Shown: positions 21,770 through 31,469 of the stretch, piece after piece
Layout: every line of letters begins with the position of its first letter
How positions within the stretch are numbered: the stretch's first letter is position 1
Assembly: GCA_903921135.1 (NCBI GenBank)
Contig: CAIXOY010000233.1
Coordinates: 1-39,318, forward strand
Direction of reading: 5' to 3'
DNA from: an uncultured Gammaproteobacteria bacterium
Lineage (GTDB): Bacteria > Pseudomonadota > Gammaproteobacteria > Pseudomonadales > UBA5518
DNA: 39,318 bases
Made by a program: the position numbers and the translations under genes
Notes under the pieces: model-generated
Told to the model about the DNA's origin: nothing
Seen by the model: the letters and a program-made list of their open reading frames with translations, nothing else
The model's database searches: none

Positions 21770-22393
21770 GTGCCGCGTGTATTTCTTCTTGCACTGCTTT
21801 GCCTCTCTGCGTATTCCGCTTTCGCGGATGCGCCTTCCGTCGCGCGCCTGGGCGAACTCCTCGCGGGCATGCGCAGCATCGAGGCGAGCTTCCACCAGCA
21901 ATTGAAAGACGAAAAGGGCGCCCTGATACAGGAGTCCGCTGGCAGGGTCGTGCTGGCCCATCCCGGGCGGTTCCGTTGGGAGACGGCCCCGCCGTTCGAG
22001 CAACTCGTGGTGTCAGATGGCACCACCGTCTGGCAGTACGACCCCGATCTCGCGCAGGTCGTCATACGTCCCCTCGACAAACGCGCCGATCAGGTACCCT
22101 CCATGCTGCTTGCCGGAGAGGTGGATGCCGTCGACAAGCTCTACAACATCTCCGCCTCACGCGACGACGCAGGGGCCGAGCGTTTCGAACTCCAACCCCG
22201 CTCGGAAGGGAGCCCTTTCTCGCGACTCGCGCTGCAGTTCCGCGCGGGCGCGTTGGAGCGGCTTGAAATCACCGACGGGCTGGCGCAGCGCACTGAGGTG
22301 TCATTCTCGGCCGTGAAACCCCTGACGGCACCGGACGCTTCGCTCTTCGTGTTCCGCACCCCGGAGGGTGTGGACGAAATCCGTGATGAGTGA
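21770..22393 (+). CDS. lolA: Outer-membrane lipoprotein carrier LolA
   Basis: Signal peptide, ASFHQ, HPGRFRWE, VSDGTTVWQYDPDLAQV and F..PEGVD. Located between ftsK and rarA. Confidence 0.94.
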   Translation: MPRVFLLALLCLSAYSAFADAPSVARLGELLAGMRSIEASFHQQLKDEKGALIQESAGRVVLAHPGRFRWETAPPFEQLVVSDGTTVWQYDPDLAQVVIRPLDKRADQVPSMLLAGEVDAVDKLYNISASRDDAGAERFELQPRSEGSPFSRLALQFRAGALERLEITDGLAQRTEVSFSAVKPLTAPDASLFVFRTPEGVDEIRDE

Positions 22394-23720
22394 GACCGGC
22401 GGCGCTCTGGCGCACACGCCGCTCGCGGCGCGCATGCGCCCGCGGCGCATCGAGGAGTTCATCGGGCAGGAGCACATCCTCGGCCCCGACACGCCGCTGG
22501 GTCGCGCGGTTCGAAGCGGCAGCCTGCACTCGATGATCCTGTGGGGGCCGCCCGGCGTGGGCAAGACCTCGCTGGCGCGCATGCTAGCAGAAACCACGGA
22601 TGCGCATTTCCAGGCGATATCCGCCGTTCTTGGCGGCGTTAAAGACATCCGTGCTGCGGTAGAGGTGGCACAGGCAGAGCGAGCGCAAAGCGGTCGGCGT
22701 TGCATCCTGTTCGTGGATGAAGTGCACCGTTTCAACAAGGCCCAGCAGGATGCTTTTCTGCCCTTTGTAGAGGACGGCACGGTTGTGTTCGTGGGAGCGA
22801 CCACGGAAAACCCTTCGTTCGAACTGAACAGCGCATTGCTGTCACGCGCCCGGGTCTACAAGCTGCGCGCGCTGGATGAAGCCGCCATCGTTCGTGTGCT
22901 GAAGCGGGCGCTCAGGTCCGATGCTGCCTTCGACGGACAGGAACTCCGAATAGACGACGACTCCCTCGCCCGCCTTGCACGCGCGGCGGATGGCGACGCG
23001 CGCCGATCCCTCAACCTGCTCGAGGTGGCCGCGGACCTTGCACACCAGGGCCGCATCGACGAGACGGTGCTGGCGGAACTCTTCGGGGGCGACGCGCGCC
23101 GTTTCGACAAGGGCGGAGACGTTTTTCACGACCAGATCAGCGCGCTTCACAAGGCCGTGCGCGGCAGTTCGCCGGACGCCGCGTTGTACTGGCTCGCCCG
23201 GATGCTCGACGGCGGTTGTGATCCGCTGTACGTCGCACGGCGCGTGGTGCGCATGGCGACCGAGGACATCGGCAATGCGGATCCGCGTGGCCTGTCGATC
23301 GCGCTGGACGCGTGGGACACGCAGGAACGTCTCGGCAGCCCCGAGGGCGAACTCGCCATTGCGCAGGCCGTGGCCTATCTCGCCTGCGCAGCGAAGAGCA
23401 ACGCTGTGTACGTGGCGTGGAAAGCCGCGCGGGCGGAGGTAGAGGCGGGTGGCAGCATCGAGGTGCCGATGCATCTCCGCAATGCTCCCACCTCGCTCAT
23501 GAAATCGATGGGGCATGGTGCGGAATACCGTTACGCCCATGACGAGCCCGACGCGCATGCCGCCGGCGAGAACTACTTCCCGCCCGAGTTGGCCGATCGC
23601 CGCTTTTACAACCCCGTGGAACGCGGGCTGGAGAAGCAGATCGCCGAGAAGCTTCGCAGCCTGCGCGATCGCGATGCCGCGAGTCCGGTGCAACGTTACC
23701 CCGCTCGGAGGCGCCCTTGA
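22386..23720 (+). CDS. rarA: Replication-associated recombination protein RarA/MgsA
   Basis: PLAARMRP, WGPPGVGKT, DEVHRFNKAQQD, ATTENPSF, SALHKAVRGS and VPMHLRNAPT. Confidence 0.97.
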   Translation: MSETGGALAHTPLAARMRPRRIEEFIGQEHILGPDTPLGRAVRSGSLHSMILWGPPGVGKTSLARMLAETTDAHFQAISAVLGGVKDIRAAVEVAQAERAQSGRRCILFVDEVHRFNKAQQDAFLPFVEDGTVVFVGATTENPSFELNSALLSRARVYKLRALDEAAIVRVLKRALRSDAAFDGQELRIDDDSLARLARAADGDARRSLNLLEVAADLAHQGRIDETVLAELFGGDARRFDKGGDVFHDQISALHKAVRGSSPDAALYWLARMLDGGCDPLYVARRVVRMATEDIGNADPRGLSIALDAWDTQERLGSPEGELAIAQAVAYLACAAKSNAVYVAWKAARAEVEAGGSIEVPMHLRNAPTSLMKSMGHGAEYRYAHDEPDAHAAGENYFPPELADRRFYNPVERGLEKQIAEKLRSLRDRDAASPVQRYPARRRP

Positions 23721-24103
23721 TGCGCCAGCTGCTTTTCGTTGCCGGGGGCGGCGCGCTCGGTGCTGTCGCGCGCTTCGTGCTCGCCAATGCAGTGCACGCC
23801 GCATGGGGCACACGGTTTCCCATGGCGACGTTGGGCATCAACGCGGCCGGCTCTTTCGCCATCGGTGTGCTCTACGTGCTGATTGCGGAGCGAGGGATAC
23901 TGCATCCCGATTGGCGAAGTGTGGCGATGGTGGGTTTTCTCGGTGCCTTCACGACCTTCTCGACCTTTTCCCTCGAGACCGTGACACTGTTCGAGAGCGG
24001 CCGCGCGCTGCATGCACTGGCATATGTGGTTGGCAGCGTCCTGCTCTGTGTGGGCGGGGCCTGGTGTGGAATCTGGCTCGCGCGCATGGCGGCGAGCGGC
24101 TGA
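23720..24103 (+). CDS. crcB: Fluoride channel Fluc/CrcB
   Basis: [19 protein letters not shown] and [13 protein letters not shown]. The ATG overlaps the rarA stop (TGATG); a TTG at 23717 is an alternative start. Confidence 0.95.
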   Translation: MRQLLFVAGGGALGAVARFVLANAVHAAWGTRFPMATLGINAAGSFAIGVLYVLIAERGILHPDWRSVAMVGFLGAFTTFSTFSLETVTLFESGRALHALAYVVGSVLLCVGGAWCGIWLARMAASG

Positions 24104-24116
24104 GGAGACAAAGCAG

Positions 24117-25415
24117 ATGATCGATGTGAAGTGGTTGCGCGGTGACACCGAGGGCTGCGCGAAGGAGCTTGCACGCAAGCGCTTCGCTCTGGACGTGTCG
24201 CGCTATCGCGAACTCGAAGATGCGCGCAAGCGCCTCGACGTGGAGACCCAGGAACTGCAGGCCGCGCGCAACCGGGCCTCGCGTCGCATCGGCGACCTCG
24301 TGCGTGAAGGTTTGTCCGTAGAGGAGGCCAAGGCACAGGCCGGGCGCGAGATCGCTGACATCAATGCCCGGCTCGACGCCCTGGCTCAGGAGAACGACGC
24401 GCTTCACGCCGCGCTGAACGCCTTTCTTTCGGCCATTCCCAACCCGCCCGCACCGGAAGTGCCCGAGGGCGAGGGCGAGGAGCAGAACCTCGAAGTGCTG
24501 CGCTGGGGCACGCCCCGGGAACTCGGCTTTGTGGCGCTCGATCACGTGGCACTCGGCGAGCGGCGCGCGGCCATGGATTTCGACGCCGCAGCCAAGCTCA
24601 CCGGGGCGCGCTTCGTCGTGCTGCGCGGTGAACTCGCACGGCTCCACCGCGCCATCGCGCAGTTCATGCTCGATTTGCACACACGCGAGCACGGCTATGA
24701 GGAGGTCTATGTTCCCTACATGGTGAACACCGCCTCGGCCTATGGCACCGGGCAGTTACCGAAGTTCGCAGAGGATCTATTCCGCTTGGACGGTGATCAG
24801 GGCTATTACCTGATCCCGACGGCAGAGGTGCCGGTCACGAACCTCGCACGCGATGCGATCCTCGACAACGCCGCGTTGCTGCCGGTAAGGATGGTCAGCC
24901 AGACGCCGTGTTTCCGCAGTGAGGCAGGCAGTTATGGCCGTGACCAGCGCGGCATGATCCGCCAGCACCAGTTCGAGAAGGTGGAATTGGTGCAACTCGT
25001 GCGGCCCGAGGACTCGGATGCGGCTCTCGAGGAACTCACAGGGCATGCCGAGGCCGTGCTCCAGCGACTCGATCTGCCTTATCGCAAGGTGCTTCTCTGC
25101 GGCGGTGACATGGGTTTCGCCTCGCGCAAGACCTACGATCTCGAGGTGTGGCTTCCCGGGCAGGGTCGCTACCGGGAGATTTCCTCCTGCTCGAACATGG
25201 GGGATTTCCAGGCGCGCCGGATGCTCGCCCGCTTCAGGAATCCCGCCACGGGCAAGCCCGAACTGCTGCACACCCTGAATGGCTCTGGCCTTGCGGTCGG
25301 GCGAACCATGATCGCCGTACTCGAGAACGGCCAGCAGGCCGACGGCAGCGTGGTGCTGCCGCCCGCGCTCCGGCCGTTCATGCGCGGCGAGGAACGCATC
25401 CTCGCGCCGGGCTGA
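24117..25415 (+). CDS. serS: Seryl-tRNA synthetase
   Basis: [62 protein letters not shown] and [12 protein letters not shown]. Confidence 0.98.
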   Translation: MIDVKWLRGDTEGCAKELARKRFALDVSRYRELEDARKRLDVETQELQAARNRASRRIGDLVREGLSVEEAKAQAGREIADINARLDALAQENDALHAALNAFLSAIPNPPAPEVPEGEGEEQNLEVLRWGTPRELGFVALDHVALGERRAAMDFDAAAKLTGARFVVLRGELARLHRAIAQFMLDLHTREHGYEEVYVPYMVNTASAYGTGQLPKFAEDLFRLDGDQGYYLIPTAEVPVTNLARDAILDNAALLPVRMVSQTPCFRSEAGSYGRDQRGMIRQHQFEKVELVQLVRPEDSDAALEELTGHAEAVLQRLDLPYRKVLLCGGDMGFASRKTYDLEVWLPGQGRYREISSCSNMGDFQARRMLARFRNPATGKPELLHTLNGSGLAVGRTMIAVLENGQQADGSVVLPPALRPFMRGEERILAPG

Positions 25416-25422
25416 TTCCCGC

Positions 25423-26817
25423 GTGGATTACCTGCCGCTGTTCCTGCGTTTGAGCGACCGCCCGGTGCTGGTGGTCGGTGGTGGCAAGGTGGCGCTTCGC
25501 AAGAGCGAACTGCTGGCCCGGGCGGGCGCGCGCATCGGCGTCGTGGCGCCCGAGGTGCTTCCGGAACTGGCGGAACTCGCACGTGCCAGCCGCGGTGGTG
25601 TGGTCCTTGAGCCCTTCCACCCGGACCACCTGTCAGAACAGGTGCTCGTCATCTCGGCGACGGGCATCGGTGACGTTGACCGGGCCGTCCACGCTGCGGC
25701 TCAAGCCTTGCGCATTCCGGTAAATGTCGCCGACGTGCCCGAACTCTGCGATTTCATCCTGCCGAGTATCCTCGATCGCTCGCCGGTGATAGCCGCCTTC
25801 TCGACCGGCGGCCGCGCGCCGGTGCTCGCGCGCAAGTTGCGCGCCGAACTCGAGACGCTGCTGCCCGCGGGCGTCGGCAAGCTCGCTGACTGGCTTGGTG
25901 CGCGGCGTGAGCGCATCCGCGCTGCGCAGCCCGACCCGGCACTGCGGTTGCGCGCGTGGGAGCGACTGGTCGACGGTCCGGTTGCCGAGCGGGTGTATGC
26001 CGGAGACGAGGAGGGCGCCGAGGCCTTGCTCGTCGATGAGCTCACTGCAGTCTCGTCTGTGGGAGAGGTCTATCTTGTGGGCGCAGGCCCGGGCGATCCG
26101 GATCTGCTGACGTTCCGGGCCTTCCGTCTGATGCAGAGAGCGGACGTGGTGCTGCACGACCGTCTGGTGAGCGATGCCGTTCTCGACCTCGTGAGGCGGG
26201 ATGCCGAACGGATCTACGTCGGCAAGCGCCGCGGTGAACACGCGGTTCCGCAACCCGATATCAACCAGTTGCTGGTGGATCTAGCCCGCGCCGGGAAGCG
26301 GGTGCTCCGGCTGAAGGGCGGGGATCCGTTCGTTTTCGGGCGCGGCGGTGAGGAAATCGAGCAACTCGCCGCCGCTGGCATTCCTTTCCAGGTGGTCCCG
26401 GGTATCAGTGCGGCCAACGGTTGCGCGGCCTATGCAGGGATTCCGCTCACGCATCGGGATCATGCGCAGTCTGTGCGCTTCATCGCCGGACATCTGCGCG
26501 ACGGTACCGTCGATCTCGACTGGGCAGGCCTTCTGCAGCCGCGGGAAACCCTGGTGTTCTACATGGGGCGCGTGGGTCTGCCGCAGATATGCGAGCGGCT
26601 GATCGAGCACGGGGCCGATCCCGGCACGCCGATCGCACTGGTGCAGCAGGGAACATTGCCCGCGCAGCGCGTGCTGGTCTCCACCTTGCGCGACATGCCA
26701 GCGGAACTCGCATCCGCTGAGGTCCGTGGTCCCACGCTTACCATTGTCGGAAGCGTCGTCAGCCTGCACCCGAGGCTGTCGTGGTTCCGTTCCACTCCGA
26801 GGAGTACCGATGTCTGA
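25423..26817 (+). CDS. cysG: Siroheme synthase (multifunctional CysG)
   Basis: [51 protein letters not shown] and GIPLTHR. Confidence 0.96.
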   Translation: MDYLPLFLRLSDRPVLVVGGGKVALRKSELLARAGARIGVVAPEVLPELAELARASRGGVVLEPFHPDHLSEQVLVISATGIGDVDRAVHAAAQALRIPVNVADVPELCDFILPSILDRSPVIAAFSTGGRAPVLARKLRAELETLLPAGVGKLADWLGARRERIRAAQPDPALRLRAWERLVDGPVAERVYAGDEEGAEALLVDELTAVSSVGEVYLVGAGPGDPDLLTFRAFRLMQRADVVLHDRLVSDAVLDLVRRDAERIYVGKRRGEHAVPQPDINQLLVDLARAGKRVLRLKGGDPFVFGRGGEEIEQLAAAGIPFQVVPGISAANGCAAYAGIPLTHRDHAQSVRFIAGHLRDGTVDLDWAGLLQPRETLVFYMGRVGLPQICERLIEHGADPGTPIALVQQGTLPAQRVLVSTLRDMPAELASAEVRGPTLTIVGSVVSLHPRLSWFRSTPRSTDV

Positions 26818-28165
26818 CTACGACCTGGACCTGTTCGTGATCGGTGCCGGTTCCGGCGGCGTCCGCTGCGCGCGGATGGCCGCTGCAGCGGGCGCCCGCG
26901 TGGCGATCGCCGAGGAGCGTTATCTGGGAGGGACCTGCGTCAACGTGGGCTGTGTGCCCAAGAAGCTCTTCGTGCTGGCAGCGCACTACCACGAGGAGTT
27001 CGAGGACGCCGCGGGCTTTGGCTGGGATCCCGGTCAGGTCCGCTTCGAGTGGTCTCGCCTGCGGGCAAACAAGGATCGCGAGATTACCCGCCTGAACGGT
27101 GTTTACCGAAATCTGCTCGAGGGGCGCGGTGTGCGCATCCTCGAGGGGCGAGCGCGTCTTCTTGATCCCCATACGGTGGAGGTGGCAGGCGAACGCCTGT
27201 CGGCGCGCCATATCCTGATCGCGACCGGTGCCTGGCCCTGGGTGCCCGATTTCCCGGGGCGTGAACATGTCGTTACCTCGAACGAGATGTTCCATCTCGA
27301 GGAACTGCCCCGGCGCGCGGTGGTGGTCGGCGGCGGCTACATCGCTGTGGAGTTCGCGGGGATCCTTAACGGCCTGGGTGTGAAGACCACGCTCGCCTAT
27401 CGCGGTGAGAGGTTGCTGCGGCATTTCGATGCGGATCTCGGCGCGGCACTCGCGGCTGAACTCCCGCAGAAGGGTGTCTCCCTGCGATTGCGAGCGGATG
27501 TGGCCGGCATCCTGAAGCAACCCGACGGAAGCCTCATGCTCCAGTACGCCAACGGTGAGGAGGAAGAAACGGATCTGGTGCTGTATGCCACTGGCCGAAA
27601 GGCCTACAGCCATGGCATCGGTCTGGAGGAGTGCGGCGTGGCGTTGCGCCCTGACGGCACGGTCATCGTGGATGCGTTCTACCGCAGCAGTGTCCCGTCC
27701 ATCCACGCCATCGGCGACGTGATCGGTGGCCCCGAACTCACGCCCCTCGCGCTGGCGCAGGGAATGGCGCTCGTCAGCACGCTGTTCGGCGCGGGCCCGC
27801 GTAGCGTGCCGCTCACGAACATTCCCACGGCAGTGTTCAGCCAGCCGAGTGTCGGCACGGTTGGGCTATCGGAAGAGGAAGCCCGTGTTGCCTGCACCAA
27901 CCTCCGGATCTACAAATCCGGCTTCCGCGCGATGAAGAACACCTTGAGCGGAAACCCCGAGCGGACGCTGATGAAGCTTGTGGTCGATGCGGATACGGAC
28001 AGGGTATTGGGCGCGCACATGGTGGGGCCCGAGGCCGGCGAGATCATTCAGGGCCTTGCTGTCGCCCTGCAGGCGGGGGCTACCAAGGCGATATTCGACG
28101 CCACACTGGGCATTCACCCGACGGCAGCGGAGGAATTCGTCACGATGCGCGAAGCCGTGAGCTGA
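26810..28165 (+). CDS. gor: Glutathione-disulfide reductase
   Basis: [19 protein letters not shown] redox disulfide, [16 protein letters not shown] and C-terminal [21 protein letters not shown] lies inside the end of cysG. Confidence 0.95.
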   Translation: MSDYDLDLFVIGAGSGGVRCARMAAAAGARVAIAEERYLGGTCVNVGCVPKKLFVLAAHYHEEFEDAAGFGWDPGQVRFEWSRLRANKDREITRLNGVYRNLLEGRGVRILEGRARLLDPHTVEVAGERLSARHILIATGAWPWVPDFPGREHVVTSNEMFHLEELPRRAVVVGGGYIAVEFAGILNGLGVKTTLAYRGERLLRHFDADLGAALAAELPQKGVSLRLRADVAGILKQPDGSLMLQYANGEEEETDLVLYATGRKAYSHGIGLEECGVALRPDGTVIVDAFYRSSVPSIHAIGDVIGGPELTPLALAQGMALVSTLFGAGPRSVPLTNIPTAVFSQPSVGTVGLSEEEARVACTNLRIYKSGFRAMKNTLSGNPERTLMKLVVDADTDRVLGAHMVGPEAGEIIQGLAVALQAGATKAIFDATLGIHPTAAEEFVTMREAVS

Positions 28166-28176
28166 GGCGCTCCCGC

Positions 28177-30294
28177 TCAGTCCTGCGTCGCCGCCACCCG
28201 CCGTCCCAGCCCTATCGCGTCGAGCAGGATGCGGCCCGACTCCGAGAGCAGGGCATCCTTGGCGGGATCCGTGTGCTCCGGTTCCGCCTCTTCTGTTGCG
28301 TCGTCCGGATTTTCTGCGTCCGCATTCTTGCCATCGAGTTCGTCGATGGACGCGAGCAGCGGTTCGCCCTTTGCCGCGCGCAAGGCGTTCTCCAGTGCCA
28401 GTTCTTCCTCGCGCTGCTTGCGGCGCTCGTCGATCCGCACTTTCTCCGAGAGCGAGAGGGTGTTCGCAGCGCTGCGCTTGCGTGCTACGGCGATCTCGCC
28501 TTCGAGGTGGATGAACTCCGGGTCCTTGCTCACACGTGATTCATGCAGGGAGCGAAGGGTGCCGAGCTTGGCCTCGTACTCCTGATAGACGCGGTGGCGC
28601 ACCGGTGCAATGCGGTCCCAGGGGAGGGCATGGTGGAGTGCGCTCTCGCCTACCTCGTCGGTGTCGTAGAGGCTGGGGAACTCGATGTCCGGCACCACGC
28701 CCCGGTGCTGCGTGCTCTCCCCTGATATGCGGTAGAACTTCGATTCCGTGAGCTTCAATTGGCCGTGATTGAGTTCGCCCAGCGATTGGACCGTGCCCTT
28801 GCCGAAAGACTGAGTCCCCACAATCAGGCCGCGGCCGTAGTCCTGTATGGCACCTGCGAAAATCTCGGATGCTGACGCGCTCAGCCGGTTGATCAGGACC
28901 AGCAGCGGTCCCGCGTAGTAATAGTCATCGCGGAATTTCTGTTTGCGCTCGACGCGTGAATCGCTGTGGCGGATCTGCACCGTGGGCCCCGACTCGATGA
29001 AAAGGCCCGTCAGCTGGTTGGCTTCTTCCAGCGAGCCGCCACCGTTGTCGCGCAGGTCGATGATCACGCCCTCCACGCCCTTTTCCTGAAGCCCCGACAG
29101 GAGCCGCGCGACATCCCGCGTCGTGCTGCGGAAGTCGGGGTCTCCGCGCTGCATCGCTTCGAAGTCTGCGTAAAACGCGGGTACGTCGATGACGCCGATC
29201 TTGTGGCGCGAGCCGCCGATGTCGAGCTCCAGTATCTCGCTCTTGGCGGCCTGTTCTTCGAGCTTGACCTGCTCGCGCACGATGCTGACGCTCAGGCGTT
29301 GCTCTGCAGCGCCGTTGCCGCGCAGCACCTCGAGACGCACGGTGCTGCCCTTGGGGCCGCGGATCAGGTCGACCACGTCGTCGAGCCTCCAGCCCACCAC
29401 ATCCACCGACTCGGCATCGCCTTGTGCCACTGCGACGATGCGATCGGATGTGCGCAGCTGACCCTGCTTGGCCGCGGGGCCGGCGGGCACGAGGCGGGCG
29501 ACCTGCGTGAACTCCTCGTCTGCCTGCAGCACGGCGCCTATACCCTCGAGGGAGAGGCGCATGTTCATGTTGAAGTTCTCGGAGCTGCGCGGCGAGAGGT
29601 AGTTGGTGTGGGGGTCGAAGAGCTCCGTGAAGGAGTTCATGTACAGCTGGTAGACATCCTCGCTGTTCACCTGCCGCACACGGCGCAGTTGGTCCTTGTA
29701 ACGCTTGGCCAGGAGTTTCTCGATGTCGGGCAGGGTCTTGCCCGCGAGTTTCAGGCTGAGGACGCTTGCCTTGAGCTGCTGGTTCCAGACCGCATCTGCC
29801 GCCGCCTGGTCCGCGGGCCAGTCAAGCTTGCTGCGGTCGATCACCATGACCTCGTCCTTGCTGAAGTCCATGGTTTTCAGCAGCTGCGGCAGGCGCGCGT
29901 CGATGTCCGACAGGCGTGCTTCCAGTCGCCCGCGATACCGCTTGTAGATCAGGAAACCGGCGTCCAGGTCACCCGACAGCAAGGCGTCGTCCAACCCCGT
30001 GCGCAGGCGCTCGAACTCGGCGATATCCGGTTTCAGGAACACGCTGCGCGAGCTGTCGAGGTTGTCGAGGTAGTTGTCTAGCAGCCGGCCGGAGAGAGAG
30101 TCGTCTACCGGCATCCGCGCGTAATGGTGACGGCCGAGGCGTTCGATGATGTCCAGAGTGGTAAGGCTCTGCAGTCGGTCGTAGCCCAGAGGCTGATCCT
30201 GTGCCAGCGCGAATGCCGGCAGAGGCAGCAGCAGCGCGACCTGAAGCAGCAGGGCGTGAAGGAAACGGGGGCTGAAATGCAGGCTTTTGGGCAT
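28177..30294 (-). CDS. prc: Tail-specific (C-terminal processing) protease Prc/Tsp
   Basis: Signal peptide, DPHTNY, LEGIGAVL, PDZ domain, DLRDNGGGSL, SASASEIFAGAIQDY and FGKGTVQ. Start placed at MPKSLHF (track gives 30363). Confidence 0.93.
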   Translation of the reverse strand: MPKSLHFSPRFLHALLLQVALLLPLPAFALAQDQPLGYDRLQSLTTLDIIERLGRHHYARMPVDDSLSGRLLDNYLDNLDSSRSVFLKPDIAEFERLRTGLDDALLSGDLDAGFLIYKRYRGRLEARLSDIDARLPQLLKTMDFSKDEVMVIDRSKLDWPADQAAADAVWNQQLKASVLSLKLAGKTLPDIEKLLAKRYKDQLRRVRQVNSEDVYQLYMNSFTELFDPHTNYLSPRSSENFNMNMRLSLEGIGAVLQADEEFTQVARLVPAGPAAKQGQLRTSDRIVAVAQGDAESVDVVGWRLDDVVDLIRGPKGSTVRLEVLRGNGAAEQRLSVSIVREQVKLEEQAAKSEILELDIGGSRHKIGVIDVPAFYADFEAMQRGDPDFRSTTRDVARLLSGLQEKGVEGVIIDLRDNGGGSLEEANQLTGLFIESGPTVQIRHSDSRVERKQKFRDDYYYAGPLLVLINRLSASASEIFAGAIQDYGRGLIVGTQSFGKGTVQSLGELNHGQLKLTESKFYRISGESTQHRGVVPDIEFPSLYDTDEVGESALHHALPWDRIAPVRHRVYQEYEAKLGTLRSLHESRVSKDPEFIHLEGEIAVARKRSAANTLSLSEKVRIDERRKQREEELALENALRAAKGEPLLASIDELDGKNADAENPDDATEEAEPEHTDPAKDALLSESGRILLDAIGLGRRVAATQD

Positions 30295-30419
30295 CTGTGC
30301 GGGCGCTTGGCCAATGGCGATGACAATGCCGGGGATATTACTGATAATCCCGCGGCCTTTCACCGGCCGCGCTGCAGTGGCCGCCGTGAATTCTCAACCC
30401 CCTCGCCGGAGCAACGCGC

Positions 30420-31463
30420 ATGCGCATCGGATTGAACGTCGGTTACAGCGGCAAGCGGGCGGTGGTGCCGGTAGATCTTGTGCGTCAGGCCGAGGCGGTG
30501 GGTTTCGACTCGGTGTGGGTCGCCGAGGCTTACGGCTCGGATGCGATATCCATTGCGACCTGGCTGTTGGCGCAGACCACGCGCATTCGTGTCGGCACCG
30601 CGATCATGCAGATCCCTGCCCGTACGCCCGCGAATGCGGCCATGACGGCGATGACCCTCTCGCAAATCTCCGGCAACCGCTTTCTGATCGGGCTGGGCGC
30701 TTCCGGGCCGCAGGTCGTCGAGGGCTGGCACGGTGTGCCCTACGCGAAGCCCGTGACGCGCATGCGGGAGTACATACAGATCATGCGCCTGATCATGGCG
30801 CGCCAGGGGCCGGTTGAATTCGACGGCGAAATCTATCAACTGCCCTACCGGGGGCCCGGCGCATCGGGTCTTGGCAAACCCCTCAAGAGCATTCTGGAGG
30901 CAACCCCGGACATCCCGATCTACTGCGCGAGTTTCACGCCGGCGGGCTTGGCCGCCGCATCCGAGGTTGCTGACGGCGTCTTCCCGATCTGGCTCTCGCC
31001 GGACAAGGTCTCGCTGGTCGAATCACACATCGGCCCTGGCCTGGCCGCGCGCAGCGATGGCATGACCCGTTCGGCCTTCGATGTCGCCCCCACCGTCTCG
31101 GTGGTCGTGGGCGATGACATCGCGGCCTGCCGCTTCCCGGTGAAGGCGCACCTCGCGCTTTACATCGGCGGCATGGGTGCGCGCGACAAGAACTTCTACA
31201 ACCGCTACGCGCGCGACATGGGCTATGAGGCCGAGGCGATTGCCATCCAGGACCTGTTCCTCGCCGGCCGGAAGGAAGAAGCGATAGCGGCCGTGCCTGA
31301 TGCGCTCGTCGACGAGGTCGCGCTGGTCGGCCCGCTTGGCCGCATCCGCGAGCGGGCGGCGGCATGGCGTGCGCTGGGGAGCGAAGGCCGTGTCGGCACG
31401 CTCATCCTCGCCATGCAGCAACCCGAGCATCTTGGCGCGATCGCCGACATCCTGCTCGGCTGA
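30420..31463 (+). CDS. Luciferase-like (LLM) oxidoreductase of the 'F420-dependent' Rv3520c-like class
   Basis: AEAVGFDSVWVAEAYGSDA, GTAIMQIPARTPA, GLGASGPQVVEGWHG and ALYIGGMGARDKNFYN. Confidence 0.85.
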   Translation: MRIGLNVGYSGKRAVVPVDLVRQAEAVGFDSVWVAEAYGSDAISIATWLLAQTTRIRVGTAIMQIPARTPANAAMTAMTLSQISGNRFLIGLGASGPQVVEGWHGVPYAKPVTRMREYIQIMRLIMARQGPVEFDGEIYQLPYRGPGASGLGKPLKSILEATPDIPIYCASFTPAGLAAASEVADGVFPIWLSPDKVSLVESHIGPGLAARSDGMTRSAFDVAPTVSVVVGDDIAACRFPVKAHLALYIGGMGARDKNFYNRYARDMGYEAEAIAIQDLFLAGRKEEAIAAVPDALVDEVALVGPLGRIRERAAAWRALGSEGRVGTLILAMQQPEHLGAIADILLG

Positions 31464-31469
31464 CAGCAC

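Noticed and set aside
23640-23720. Fluoride riboswitch upstream of crcB
   Set aside because: crcB overlaps the rarA stop, so there is no leader, and I saw no riboswitch consensus.
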